A DNA stretch of 64,000 nucleotides from Bryobacteraceae bacterium (lineage in GTDB: Bacteria > Acidobacteriota > Terriglobia > Bryobacterales > Bryobacteraceae). Positions 17,986 to 27,491 of this stretch are shown here, in pieces. A program made the translations under genes and the position numbers. Position 1 is the stretch's first letter. Every line of letters starts with the position of its first letter. A model generated the notes under the pieces. The model was not told the DNA's origin and did no database searches. It saw only the letters and a list, made by a program, of their open reading frames with translations. The DNA lies in contig DATMMD010000175.1 of NCBI GenBank assembly GCA_035569875.1, positions 7,654 through 71,653 on the forward strand, given 5' to 3'.

Positions 17986-18810
17986 TTAGAAAACCTCGGG
18001 GAAGTGGAAGGTAAGAACCGCGTTCAGCCGCTTGTCGGACACGATCATATTCTTGTTCTTCACATCTAGCGCGATGCCACGAGGCATTCGCAGGATTCCG
18101 TGCGGTCCGCCAATGGTCCACTTGGGGGGCACGTCTCCATTGTCGTTGATACTCCAGACGCCAACATAGGCTTCGTCCGACGACAGCTCAGCGAAGGGAC
18201 CCGGGCCACGGACGCTCACCATGATCTCACCCTTCGACGGATGTACCGCGAATGGGCCGCCAAAGGCATACAAATGACTCTTCGGTCCACCGATCACTGC
18301 TTTGGGCTTCACGTCACCAGAATCGGTGCGGTTGAAAATGAGCAGGCGGACCTGTCCATGCCCGGCGCTTCCGCCGACTATCAGCAAATTATTCACTGGA
18401 TCCACCGCAACGGGCGCGTCGCCATTGAGCATGGTGTCAGGACCCCGGATCTCGCGGATCGGCGCAACATCGCCACTGCCGTCGCGGGGGAACACGAGTA
18501 CCGCGCCATAGCGGGTCGGCACGAAGATCTCGTTGTGGACGGGATCGACATCCAAATGTTCCGGCGCGTCCAGTTGTGTGTGAGGTCCGATAATTACCCG
18601 TGCGGGGGCTTCCTCGCCGTTAGCCGAGCCACGGTATGTGAGGATCGCCTGGCCAAACTGCTGGGGCACCGTAAATTCATCGTGGATGGGGTCATAGGCA
18701 ATGCCGTGCATCGTGCGTCCCAGCAGGCTGCCTTGTCCCTCCACTTTTCTGACTGGCTTTGCTCCGTCCTTCGCCAACCTGGCGAAGACCGCGATCTGCG
18801 GATGGGCCAC
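17986..18810 (-). CDS. YVTN/NHL-like beta-propeller repeat protein, C-terminal ORF in frame with 18811-20166
   Basis: Paralog of 13304-14179. It starts at the GTG directly after the TGA (plus-strand tca at 18811-18813). No SD and no signal peptide. Confidence 0.75.
   Translation of the reverse strand: MAHPQIAVFARLAKDGAKPVRKVEGQGSLLGRTMHGIAYDPIHDEFTVPQQFGQAILTYRGSANGEEAPARVIIGPHTQLDAPEHLDVDPVHNEIFVPTRYGAVLVFPRDGSGDVAPIREIRGPDTMLNGDAPVAVDPVNNLLIVGGSAGHGQVRLLIFNRTDSGDVKPKAVIGGPKSHLYAFGGPFAVHPSKGEIMVSVRGPGPFAELSSDEAYVGVWSINDNGDVPPKWTIGGPHGILRMPRGIALDVKNKNMIVSDKRLNAVLTFHFPEVF
18769..18801 (-). promoter_or_regulatory. Two stem-loops immediately 3' of the in-frame TGA of the second paralog (candidate SECIS-like or recoding element)
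   Basis: On the minus-strand RNA: CCGC-agauc-GCGG (18801-18789) and CUUCGCC-agguu-GGCGAAG (18787-18769). Confidence 0.35.
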
Positions 18811-20166
18811 TCAATTCGGAACCAGAATCTGCTCGCGCTTGGTGTCATAGGCGATCGGATGCGGATTCCCCAATCCCGGCACAGGCTGATTCGGTGGTGC
18901 ACTGCGGACCACACGCAGCGGCGCCACGTCGCCATTAGCATCCGGATTGTAGACGGCTGAGGTGTGATTACCGAAGTTCGCCACCCACAATTCGTTGTTC
19001 TTCTTGTCGAGGAAGATGCCGGTCGGATTACTGACCATGCTCGCTGTTCCTTTGATCACCCGCAACGGAGCAGCATCGCCGGACGCGTTGGCGTCGAACA
19101 CCAGAACCGAGTTCCCGCCGTCGTTCCCGATGAAAAGTTCATTGCGTTCTTCGTCCAGCGACACGCCGGTTGGCCAGTTCATCTGCGTTTGCGGGCCCTG
19201 GATCGTCCGCAAAGGCCGCACGTCGCCTTTCGCGTCCTTCGCATAGACGGTGATGGACGGTGGCCCGATCTTTCCCGAGCCCGGTACGGCATCGTCACGA
19301 TTCAACGGGAACCCTGGTGAACCTTCGCGCTTGCGGTTCCCGGATTGATTCTGGCGCACGCTGTGCGAAGAGCCGTGATTGGTTACAAACAGGAGCCCAC
19401 GCTTGGTGTCGAGCACCATTCCGTGAGGATCGGCGAGTCCCGTATGGTCGCCCTGCACTACTCGCAAAGGAGCTTCCGTTCCCTTGGCCGACTTGTTGTA
19501 AACCACAATCGCGTTGTCGTGTTGAACAGTTAGAAACAACTCCTGTTTTTCTTCGTCCACCGTGATACCGAAGGTGCCGTGCGGGGTGTGGAGCTCGCGG
19601 TCAGGCTTTACGTCTCCGATGGCCTTTCGCGAAAAGATCACCAGTGTGTCGATGGTGTCGTTGTTGACCGCATAAATGTCACCGTTCGCAGGATCGATAT
19701 ACAGCCCGCATTGAAATTCGATTTTCGTATTCAAGCCGCCGATGAGGCGTTTCGGTTCACTGGATTTGTTTGGCGAGGTCTTGACGCCGCGATCATAAAC
19801 CCAGATGTTGAACAAATTCTCGTCGGTCATCACGACTTCATCGTGATTAGAGTCCACCGCTACAGCGCTGTAGGCTGCGTAGGGATCTCGGATCGTGCGC
19901 TCGGGCTTACGCTGGCTCGCGTCCTCGGGAGTCCACGCTCCGCCGGCAGTTCGCGCCTGCATGAGGAGGTTGCGCAACGGCAATTCGCCGGCCATTAAGA
20001 ACAGCCCAGCGGACGCTTCCGGGCGAGCGCAGGCTTCGTCCTCATCCGATGGCAGCGCATCGTACGAAACGAGCCGCGAAGTGGGCCGCGAGTCTCCCGT
20101 AAAGCCCAGCCAGATCATCAGCGACAATCCGATAGGGAGTGAAACGCGGAGAGACTTGCTAATCAC
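18811..20166 (-). CDS. YVTN/NHL-like beta-propeller repeat protein, N-terminal ORF with a signal anchor. It may continue through the TGA.
   Basis: Paralog of 12119-13303. The N-terminal hydrophobic segment is LPIGLSLMIWLGF. It has the same blade motif and ends ...AYDTKREQILVPN. Confidence 0.8.
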   Translation of the reverse strand: MISKSLRVSLPIGLSLMIWLGFTGDSRPTSRLVSYDALPSDEDEACARPEASAGLFLMAGELPLRNLLMQARTAGGAWTPEDASQRKPERTIRDPYAAYSAVAVDSNHDEVVMTDENLFNIWVYDRGVKTSPNKSSEPKRLIGGLNTKIEFQCGLYIDPANGDIYAVNNDTIDTLVIFSRKAIGDVKPDRELHTPHGTFGITVDEEKQELFLTVQHDNAIVVYNKSAKGTEAPLRVVQGDHTGLADPHGMVLDTKRGLLFVTNHGSSHSVRQNQSGNRKREGSPGFPLNRDDAVPGSGKIGPPSITVYAKDAKGDVRPLRTIQGPQTQMNWPTGVSLDEERNELFIGNDGGNSVLVFDANASGDAAPLRVIKGTASMVSNPTGIFLDKKNNELWVANFGNHTSAVYNPDANGDVAPLRVVRSAPPNQPVPGLGNPHPIAYDTKREQILVPN

Positions 20167-20246
20167 GGCTTTCTCCTGTATATCACACCGGCCACCAGGT
20201 TACTGCCCTCGTTCGACGCCGAACGCGACTGAGGTAGAATCCTTTC

Positions 20247-20714
20247 ATGACCCGGCTCTTCCTAGCCTTTGTTTCGCCAGCGTTAATATGTGTGTTTCTT
20301 TTCGCCCAGCAAAAGCAGTCTCCCCAAGCAACCATCGCGGCTCTCGACAAAATGACCGCTGCAGGCAAGAGTCAAAAGGAACTTGCCCAGTATGTCTTTG
20401 ACAACCACGGTTGCGGCGGCTGTCATAAAGCGGGAGAAGGGGGCAAACTCGGCTTCACGGAGAAAGGCAAACAGCTTAGCAATGGATTCGAAGGATGCAT
20501 CCGAAGCTTGACGGCGATGAATGTGATTGCTCAAGTGCCCGCGAATCAGCGTTCCGCCGATCAGAAAATCGAGGCCCAGCGTTTCCAAGAGTTCGGCTGT
20601 ACGGTATGCCACCAGATCGTGCCTGGCAAGATGGGTTTGACGGCCTTAGGGGCCAAACTCACGCGTATGCACTTGGGCTGCGTGGATGTGGAAAAGACGC
20701 TGGCTTCCAAGTAG
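20247..20714 (+). CDS. Diheme c-type cytochrome with a signal peptide
   Basis: Two CXXCH motifs (CGGCH and CTVCH) and an N-terminal signal sequence. It is divergent from the propeller operon. Confidence 0.8.
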   Translation: MTRLFLAFVSPALICVFLFAQQKQSPQATIAALDKMTAAGKSQKELAQYVFDNHGCGGCHKAGEGGKLGFTEKGKQLSNGFEGCIRSLTAMNVIAQVPANQRSADQKIEAQRFQEFGCTVCHQIVPGKMGLTALGAKLTRMHLGCVDVEKTLASK

Positions 20715-20747
20715 CTCCGCCAAACCGGCCGCCAGAAAGGACTTTCC

Positions 20748-21923
20748 ATGCCCAACTTGATTGACGAGTTCCAGCAAGGACTTGTATCGCGCAGGAGGCT
20801 GCTGGAGCTGCTCACCGGAGCTGCAGGGACTGTAACGCTTGCATCGCCTCGCTTGCACGGGCAATCGAAGCCCGCGAAAGCGCCGGCCGGAGTCGTTGAA
20901 CCGCCCAAATTCAGTCCCGCGAATATCGGCGGCGGTGGCCGCATCGAGCGCGATTTCTATCGCGAGTGGCTCAAGAAAAGCCAGGTGCCGATGATCGAGG
21001 GTTACTCGCTGCTGGATGCGGCAAAGCAGGAGGTGCAGCCTTGGCCGGAGATCGGGGGAAAGGGCTTGTACCTGAATTTTTCCGGGAACGTCCACATGGA
21101 CGGTGTTATCGAGGAAATTCCAGCGGGCAAGGCGCTCGAGCCAAAGCGGCATTTTTACGAACAGATCGTGTACGTGCTGGCCGGGCGCGGGTATACCACG
21201 GTAGGCGGCGGCAACAAGCCCAACAAGGTTTCCTGGGGAGAAGGCAGCCTGTTCACCGTTCCAGTAAACGCGCTGCATCGCCATTTCAATAGCGATCCGG
21301 CGCATCCAGCGCGGCTGCTGTTCATCACCACCTTCCCATTTATGATTCAGGTATTCGGCAGCATGGGACTGATCAATGACTCTAACTTCAGTTTCACCGA
21401 TCGTTATGATGGATCGCCGGATTATTTTACTTCCACCGCTCGCATACGCAAGCGATGGGACAAAACCAACTTCGTAAAAGACGTTCGCTCCGCAGAAGTC
21501 GTGCTGTGGGAGGAACGCGGCGACGGCAACGCCAGCATGTTCTTCGATATGGGCGGCAACACCGTCCTCGAGCCGCACGTCTCCGAATTTGAAGTGGGCA
21601 CCTACAAACTGGGCCATCGCCATCCCTACGAGGCGATCATCCTGACGCTGAACGGCAGGGGCTATTCGCTGGCAGAGAAAGATAAGCTCAAAGATTCAGA
21701 GGCGGTCAAGATCGATTGGCAAGCCGGGTCCGTCGTATCCCCACCGTTCTTCTGGTTCCACCAGCACTTCAATACGGGGAAAACCAAGGCGCGATACCTG
21801 GCGATTACCGAAGGCGATTTTCCGTTGCGCCTCGGCATTCCGTTGTCAGTCGAACAGATTGAGGCGGACAAAGAGGACCCGAACATTAAGAAACGCTTCG
21901 ACCGGGAAGCGCATCCGGCCTGA
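20748..21923 (+). CDS. Bicupin-fold protein with a twin-arginine signal
   Basis: Tat-like SRRRLLELL N-terminus. Two cupin-like halves with His-rich metal motif regions (…ALHRHFN… and …WFHQHFN…). Confidence 0.65.
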   Translation: MPNLIDEFQQGLVSRRRLLELLTGAAGTVTLASPRLHGQSKPAKAPAGVVEPPKFSPANIGGGGRIERDFYREWLKKSQVPMIEGYSLLDAAKQEVQPWPEIGGKGLYLNFSGNVHMDGVIEEIPAGKALEPKRHFYEQIVYVLAGRGYTTVGGGNKPNKVSWGEGSLFTVPVNALHRHFNSDPAHPARLLFITTFPFMIQVFGSMGLINDSNFSFTDRYDGSPDYFTSTARIRKRWDKTNFVKDVRSAEVVLWEERGDGNASMFFDMGGNTVLEPHVSEFEVGTYKLGHRHPYEAIILTLNGRGYSLAEKDKLKDSEAVKIDWQAGSVVSPPFFWFHQHFNTGKTKARYLAITEGDFPLRLGIPLSVEQIEADKEDPNIKKRFDREAHPA

Positions 21924-21935
21924 GCGGGAAGACGC

Positions 21936-24900
21936 TTACCAGAGCAGCTTCAATCCGAATTGAATCTCGCGTTGCGTCGTTGCCGTGTATGTGATCGTCC
22001 CCGCGGTTGGCGACAAAGCACCGGAGGAAAACATGGCGACCACCGGCATCCCAAAATTCGTGTGATTCAACACGTTGAAGAATTCAGCTCGAAGCTCAAC
22101 CTTGATTCTCTCCGTGATGGTCGTGGTCTTGATCAATGACGTGTCAAACTCCACTAGCCCTGGCCCGCTCAGAATGTCCCGGCCGGCGTTGCCGTAAGTT
22201 CCTGCAGGCGGCAAAACAAATGCGGCGGGATTAAACCACTGCGTGCGGTTTCCGGTAACGATCGGACCAGTGAAGTTGGGATTAAAGGAAACGCGATCCG
22301 GGTTTCTAGCATCGCCGTTATTCGACTGGTTGGAACCCACCAGAGGAGTAAAAGGAAAACCGCTTTGCCCTGTGATGATGCCATTCCAGCTCAACCCGCC
22401 AATCAACTTCTCAGTTATCCGGCCGCCATTATTTCCAAAAGGCCGGCCGTGACCAAAGGGCAAAGCATAGCTGAAATTGCCACTCACCTGCTGCGCCGGA
22501 TTAAAGTTCGAGGGACCCCAATCCGCGCGCGGATTTTGAGGAATCATCACCGTCGTAGTCCCAGCGATCCCCTCATTGGCAAGGAAAGAAGAGGAGTGAA
22601 TGTCCAGGCTTTTCGACCAAGTGTAATTGCCCCGGAACTGCAAGCCTTTGCTGAAACGCTGAATGAGGCTGACTTGCAGCGCGTTGTAACTGCTACTGGC
22701 ATTGGCTAGTGTGTATCGAGTATTCGCCAGCGCGTTGTTCGCCCTTACCACGGTACTGGGAAACGGATGACCGATCGTCCCGTTTGCCGTCGCGGTCGGA
22801 GTTACAGTGTTGACGTCTACCGTGTCAGGCAGGTAGTATCCATGTTCCCCTACATAGCCGACGCTGAAAAGCATGTTGGCTGTAATTCCCTGTTCGAGTT
22901 TTAGGGTCCATTCCTCGACCGTCGGCGTTTGCAGGTCGGGCTGCACGCCCGCCGGGGATACCTTTGCACCCGGAAGATTTGCCGTTATCTGAATCGGGAA
23001 AGTAGCAGGGGATGTCTTTGTCCCGATGGAGGGATTAATGTTCAGATTGTTTCCGATCGGGCTGCCATCACAGCACGACCCCATGTAATCAAGCTGGTTA
23101 TAGTAAGTTCCAAACGCTGCATGGATCGCCGTTTTCGAAAGGGGCGCCCATGCCAGCCCGACGCGCGGACCAAAAAGCCACTTCGCGTTATTCACGGTGT
23201 AGGGAGAAGTTCCAAGCATGGGCTGAGTCTGCAAACATTGGGCCGTGCCAGGGGAGCAACCCGCAGTCCCAAAAATGTAATTGGAGGCTTCGCCATTTGG
23301 TGAGTTCCAGCCGTTGTTAAACTCATGCCGCAGTCCCAGGCTAAGAGTGAGATTGGAGCGCAGCTGAATGGCATCCTGCACATACCACGCGCCTGCCAAC
23401 TGGCGCCAACCAATCTCGGCTGGATTCAGTACTGCCACAATCTGGCTGGCTTGGCCTTGCAAAAATGCCGCCACCCCGGAAAAGGTGGCCACACCGTACC
23501 GTTGATTGGCAGCGTCATCGTTGGCCTGAATCCGTTGGAGCCATACTCCCGCGGTGATGGTGTGCTTGCCCTTCGTGATCTGGACATCATCGGTGAAGGT
23601 AAATAGATTCCTGGCGACTTTCTCAAATTGCTGGGACCCGTTGCTGCCCGCGATGGACCATGCGCCCACGCTGTTAAAGCTCGCCGAGCCGACCGAAATG
23701 TCTCCCGCCGGTTGCCCGGGAACAAACGATGTGTCCGCGGGTGTCACCGGCGGCGAGGCCACCAGATCCCAGTGAGCGCGCGAAAAACCGAAGCGGGCGT
23801 TATTTAGAATCGAAGGAGAAAATAGGTGCGTTTCCTGTACACTCGCAATCTGCGCGCGTAGAATGCTCGATGTTTGCGTCAGCGGATTGGCTCCGGGCAA
23901 GAGATTCCGGCCGTCGTCGATCGTGTAAATTCCGGAGAGCATATCTCTGGGGGAAAAATTATGATCGAGCCGAACGTTCCCGAAATCTTCCCGAACGCTC
24001 TGGACGGGATTACTAAACGCCTCCGCGACTCCGCCGCCCAGGTCGGGCCCATTGGGAGTCGGCCACAGAGCGAAATACGGCGCGATCCCCGGCGCCACCG
24101 GAATCGGTTTGCCATTCGACCCCAGTAACGTTCCGCTCCGCGCACTGGCGTCCGGCACAAATGTCACATCGGACAAGCTAAGGCTCTGCCGGAAGCCTTC
24201 ATAATTACCGAAAAGAAAGGTCTTGTCTTTCTTAAGCGGTCCTCCCAAGGCCGCGCCAAATTGATTGCGTTTGAACGGTGGATTTGTGGATTGGGCAAAG
24301 AAGTTACGCGCGTCCAAAACATCGTTCCTCAAGAATTCGAACAGATCTCCGTGGAACTGATTCGTGCCGGACATAGTCACAACGCTGATTTGTCCCCCCG
24401 GCCGTTTTCCGTATTCAGCACCATACGCATCCTCCAGTACGTTAAACTCGCGTACCGCATCGACCCCTAACAATAGACCACTGACGCCGCCAGGCATGAC
24501 GTCGGCAGTAGAGACGCCGGTGTACTCAATGCCATTCATCAAGAAGAGATTGAAGTCTTCGCGATTTCCGGAAACGGAAAAGTTGAAGCCTTGTCCCTTT
24601 CCCGTGCTCGTGGTCGATTGATTCGAGGTCATATTCGTTGTGCTGGGATTCAGAGTGATGAGCGTGTCCCAACTGCGGCCATTCAGAGGAAGGTCCTTTA
24701 CCTGTTGTTCGTTGACTACCCCGGCGACGGATGCCGTCGTTGTATTCACCAGCGGGACCTCCTCGGTGACAGTCACTACTTGTCGAACGGCGCCGACGTC
24801 CATACGCATGTTCACGACCGCCTGTTGCCCGACCACGAGCGTTATCCCCGTTCTAACAACCGAAGTGAACCCTGGCTTCTCTGCTCTGACTTCGTACTGC

Positions 24901-25157
24901 CCCACGGGCAGCGAGAGTGCGGCGTATTGGCCAGAGCTGTCAGTGACGATATTACGAGTCTGCCCGGTCTCCGGGCTCGCAACCGTAACTGTCACGTTGG
25001 GGACGGATGCGCCGGTGGAATCCTGGACAGTGCCAGTGATCGAGGCGGTCGGTTGCTGGCCGCGAAGATGGCTCGTGCCCAAAGCCAGAAACAATACCAT
25101 CAGGGTTGCGTCCACAAAGCGGACTCTCCGAATTTCAACCCTTCGCAAATCGTTCAT
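21936..25157 (-). CDS. TonB-dependent receptor with an N-terminal carboxypeptidase-regulatory-like domain
   Basis: ITGTVQDSTGASVPNVTVTV...GQYEVRAEKPGF is a CarboxypepD_reg-type domain. A long beta-barrel follows, ending in ...FGLKLLW. Confidence 0.85.
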   Translation of the reverse strand: MNDLRRVEIRRVRFVDATLMVLFLALGTSHLRGQQPTASITGTVQDSTGASVPNVTVTVASPETGQTRNIVTDSSGQYAALSLPVGQYEVRAEKPGFTSVVRTGITLVVGQQAVVNMRMDVGAVRQVVTVTEEVPLVNTTTASVAGVVNEQQVKDLPLNGRSWDTLITLNPSTTNMTSNQSTTSTGKGQGFNFSVSGNREDFNLFLMNGIEYTGVSTADVMPGGVSGLLLGVDAVREFNVLEDAYGAEYGKRPGGQISVVTMSGTNQFHGDLFEFLRNDVLDARNFFAQSTNPPFKRNQFGAALGGPLKKDKTFLFGNYEGFRQSLSLSDVTFVPDASARSGTLLGSNGKPIPVAPGIAPYFALWPTPNGPDLGGGVAEAFSNPVQSVREDFGNVRLDHNFSPRDMLSGIYTIDDGRNLLPGANPLTQTSSILRAQIASVQETHLFSPSILNNARFGFSRAHWDLVASPPVTPADTSFVPGQPAGDISVGSASFNSVGAWSIAGSNGSQQFEKVARNLFTFTDDVQITKGKHTITAGVWLQRIQANDDAANQRYGVATFSGVAAFLQGQASQIVAVLNPAEIGWRQLAGAWYVQDAIQLRSNLTLSLGLRHEFNNGWNSPNGEASNYIFGTAGCSPGTAQCLQTQPMLGTSPYTVNNAKWLFGPRVGLAWAPLSKTAIHAAFGTYYNQLDYMGSCCDGSPIGNNLNINPSIGTKTSPATFPIQITANLPGAKVSPAGVQPDLQTPTVEEWTLKLEQGITANMLFSVGYVGEHGYYLPDTVDVNTVTPTATANGTIGHPFPSTVVRANNALANTRYTLANASSSYNALQVSLIQRFSKGLQFRGNYTWSKSLDIHSSSFLANEGIAGTTTVMIPQNPRADWGPSNFNPAQQVSGNFSYALPFGHGRPFGNNGGRITEKLIGGLSWNGIITGQSGFPFTPLVGSNQSNNGDARNPDRVSFNPNFTGPIVTGNRTQWFNPAAFVLPPAGTYGNAGRDILSGPGLVEFDTSLIKTTTITERIKVELRAEFFNVLNHTNFGMPVVAMFSSGALSPTAGTITYTATTQREIQFGLKLLW

Positions 25158-25380
25158 AAGCCCTTCCCTCCAGGAACGTCCATTTCGCGAATATCTGTTG
25201 TGCCCAAGGCCCTAGTGCAAGCATACGGCGTAAAGCGGAGACTGGGCAAACCCGTTTCAGCGGGTCGAATTCTATACGTTCACAATAGACGGCTTGATCT
25301 TACTATCACAGCGCATCAGGTCGCAATAACAACCCTGTGCTACTCTGGCCACGGAAGCGCATCGCGTAGAGGAGGAAGCA

Positions 25381-26487
25381 GTGGAAAGTGTGCTGGCGGC
25401 CGTGAGAGTCGCCCCGAACAAGACTGAGATCCGTGAATTTCCCATGCCGGATATCCCGCACGACTGCGCCTTATTGAAGATGGAAGTCGCTGGGATCTGC
25501 GGAACAGATGTGAGGCTTTACCGGGAACCACCTTCGAGCGCTCCTGTGATCATGGGCCACGAGAACATCGGATACATCGCCAGGACCGGCAAGGAATTCA
25601 CCGAACGCCAAGGATTCAAGGAGGGGGACCTGGTATTTCTGGAGCACTACGTCGCATGCGGTCAATGCGATTGGTGTCATCAGGGCCAATACCGTCACTG
25701 CGAAAACACCGACTGGCGTTACAACCCGAACGCCATCCGCTATGGCTATACGCCGGCCGATGTGGCCCCCCATCTGTGGGGCGGCTTTGCCCAATACGTG
25801 TACCTGCCGCGGAACGCCGTCGTTCACCGTGTGCCGAAAGGCGTTACGCCGGAATTGGCAGGATTGGCTACCCCAATGTCCAACGGCATCGAATGGTCGC
25901 TGTTCGATGGAGGCGTAGGCTTTTTCTCCAGCGTACTAATTCAAGGCCCGGGCCAGCAGGGGCTTTCCCAGACGGTGGTCTGTAAGCAGGCAGGTGCCTC
26001 TCTTATCATCGTTACCGGCACGTCCCGCGACAGTGCGCGGATGGAGGTTGCCAAAGCCCTGGGCGCCGACTACGTGATCGATATTGAGAAGGAAGATGCC
26101 CTGGCACGCATCAAAGAGATCACTGCAGGCAAGGGCGTGGACGTTGTGCTCGACTGCAGCTCCGGCGCCGGGACCTTCCCGATACTGCTCGCCGTGGAAG
26201 CGCTCAAACGCAGGGGCGGAACGATGGTGGTCCAGGGAGAAATGGCGGAATTTCCGAATTTTCCGATCGGCCGGATCACGGCCAAAGCCATTACCATCAA
26301 GAGCGCGCGCGGGCACAGCTTCCAGGCGTGCGAGCTTGCTCTGCAGTTGCTCGCCTCGAAGCGCTTCCCGCTGGAGAAGGTTACGACGCACAGGTTTGGA
26401 CTTAACGATGTGGATCTTGCTATCAGGTCGGTCGGCGGCCAGGGAGTGCCGGGCGTGATCCACGCTTCACTTATGCCATGGGAGTAA
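25381..26487 (+). CDS. Zinc-dependent alcohol dehydrogenase (MDR family)
   Basis: GICGTDV catalytic zinc motif and a structural zinc Cys cluster (CGQCDWCHQGQYRHC). GAGGAGGA RBS lies before the GTG at 25381. Confidence 0.85.
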   Translation: MESVLAAVRVAPNKTEIREFPMPDIPHDCALLKMEVAGICGTDVRLYREPPSSAPVIMGHENIGYIARTGKEFTERQGFKEGDLVFLEHYVACGQCDWCHQGQYRHCENTDWRYNPNAIRYGYTPADVAPHLWGGFAQYVYLPRNAVVHRVPKGVTPELAGLATPMSNGIEWSLFDGGVGFFSSVLIQGPGQQGLSQTVVCKQAGASLIIVTGTSRDSARMEVAKALGADYVIDIEKEDALARIKEITAGKGVDVVLDCSSGAGTFPILLAVEALKRRGGTMVVQGEMAEFPNFPIGRITAKAITIKSARGHSFQACELALQLLASKRFPLEKVTTHRFGLNDVDLAIRSVGGQGVPGVIHASLMPWE

Positions 26488-26525
26488 CACCGGCGAAGAG
26501 CGAATGAGCGCAACGAAGGGTCACG

Positions 26526-27470
26526 ATGCCTGAGCTCAAGCTGAGAATCGTCACTCGCACGCAGGGAAACAACAAAGCCCTCAAGGACGGGAAAGTGAAG
26601 CCGCGGACCTGCGAGTTCGAGTTCGTCGAGGTGGATCCACTCATCAACGCGTTCCGCCGCATGGTGCGCGGGCTCGAGTTCGATGTCTCCGAGATGGCCC
26701 TGAGCACATACATCACTGCGCGTGCTCATGGGAAGCGTTTCATGGGCCTACCAATCTTCCTGGTACGGGCGTTCCATCATGGCGCCATCGTGTACAACAC
26801 GAGGTCCGGCATCAAAAGCCCCAAGGATTTGGAAGGCAGAAAAGTCGGCGTCAACCGCGGCTACACCGTGACCACTGGCTTGTGGGCTCGCGGCGTGCTG
26901 CAGCACCAGTACGGGGTCGACCTGGATAAGATCACCTGGGTGCTTTCAGGCGACGAGCACGTTACTGAGTACCGCCCGCCTTCAAACGTAATACCGATCG
27001 AAAAGGGGAAAAAGATTTCGGACCTCGTCGCGTCCGGAGAGTTGCCTGCGGCGATCGGCCTCGAAATCGAGTCACCGGACGTGAAGCCGCTTATTGCCAA
27101 CGCCGCGGCAGCGGGCTACGAGGCCCTGCGCAGCCGGGGCCATTACCCCATCAATCATCTGATAGTCGTCAAGGATGAACTTCTCGACGCGCACGAGGAT
27201 CTGGCATCCGACATTTTCAACGTGTTCACAGAGGCTAAGCGCGATTACATCCTGCGCCTCCAGAGCGGTCAGATCCAAAACCCGACCCGCGTTGACGATC
27301 TGCACCGGCAGGTCATGGAGATCACCGGCCGCGATCCTCTGCCCTATGGCATCGCACCCAACCGGCAGGCGCTCGAGGAAATAATCCAGTACGCCGTTGA
27401 GCAGCGGATCATCGGCCATCCCGTTACGGTTGAGGAGTTGTTTCCGTCCAACACTCATGGGCTGCTGTGA
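26526..27470 (+). CDS. 4,5-dihydroxyphthalate-decarboxylase-like / periplasmic-binding-fold family protein
   Basis: Family-typical N-terminus (LKLRIVTRTQGNNKALKDGKVKP..CEFEFVEVDPLINAFRRMVRGLEFDVSEMALSTY). Intact paralog of the 11338-12018 pseudogene. Confidence 0.6.
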   Translation: MPELKLRIVTRTQGNNKALKDGKVKPRTCEFEFVEVDPLINAFRRMVRGLEFDVSEMALSTYITARAHGKRFMGLPIFLVRAFHHGAIVYNTRSGIKSPKDLEGRKVGVNRGYTVTTGLWARGVLQHQYGVDLDKITWVLSGDEHVTEYRPPSNVIPIEKGKKISDLVASGELPAAIGLEIESPDVKPLIANAAAAGYEALRSRGHYPINHLIVVKDELLDAHEDLASDIFNVFTEAKRDYILRLQSGQIQNPTRVDDLHRQVMEITGRDPLPYGIAPNRQALEEIIQYAVEQRIIGHPVTVEELFPSNTHGLL

Positions 27471-27491
27471 TACGCTCATCGAGGAGCATCG

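Noticed and set aside
20646-21623. 325-aa ORF on the minus strand
   Set aside because: It is antisense to the Tat-signal bicupin gene and overlaps the cytochrome c gene. It has no motif and a skewed composition.
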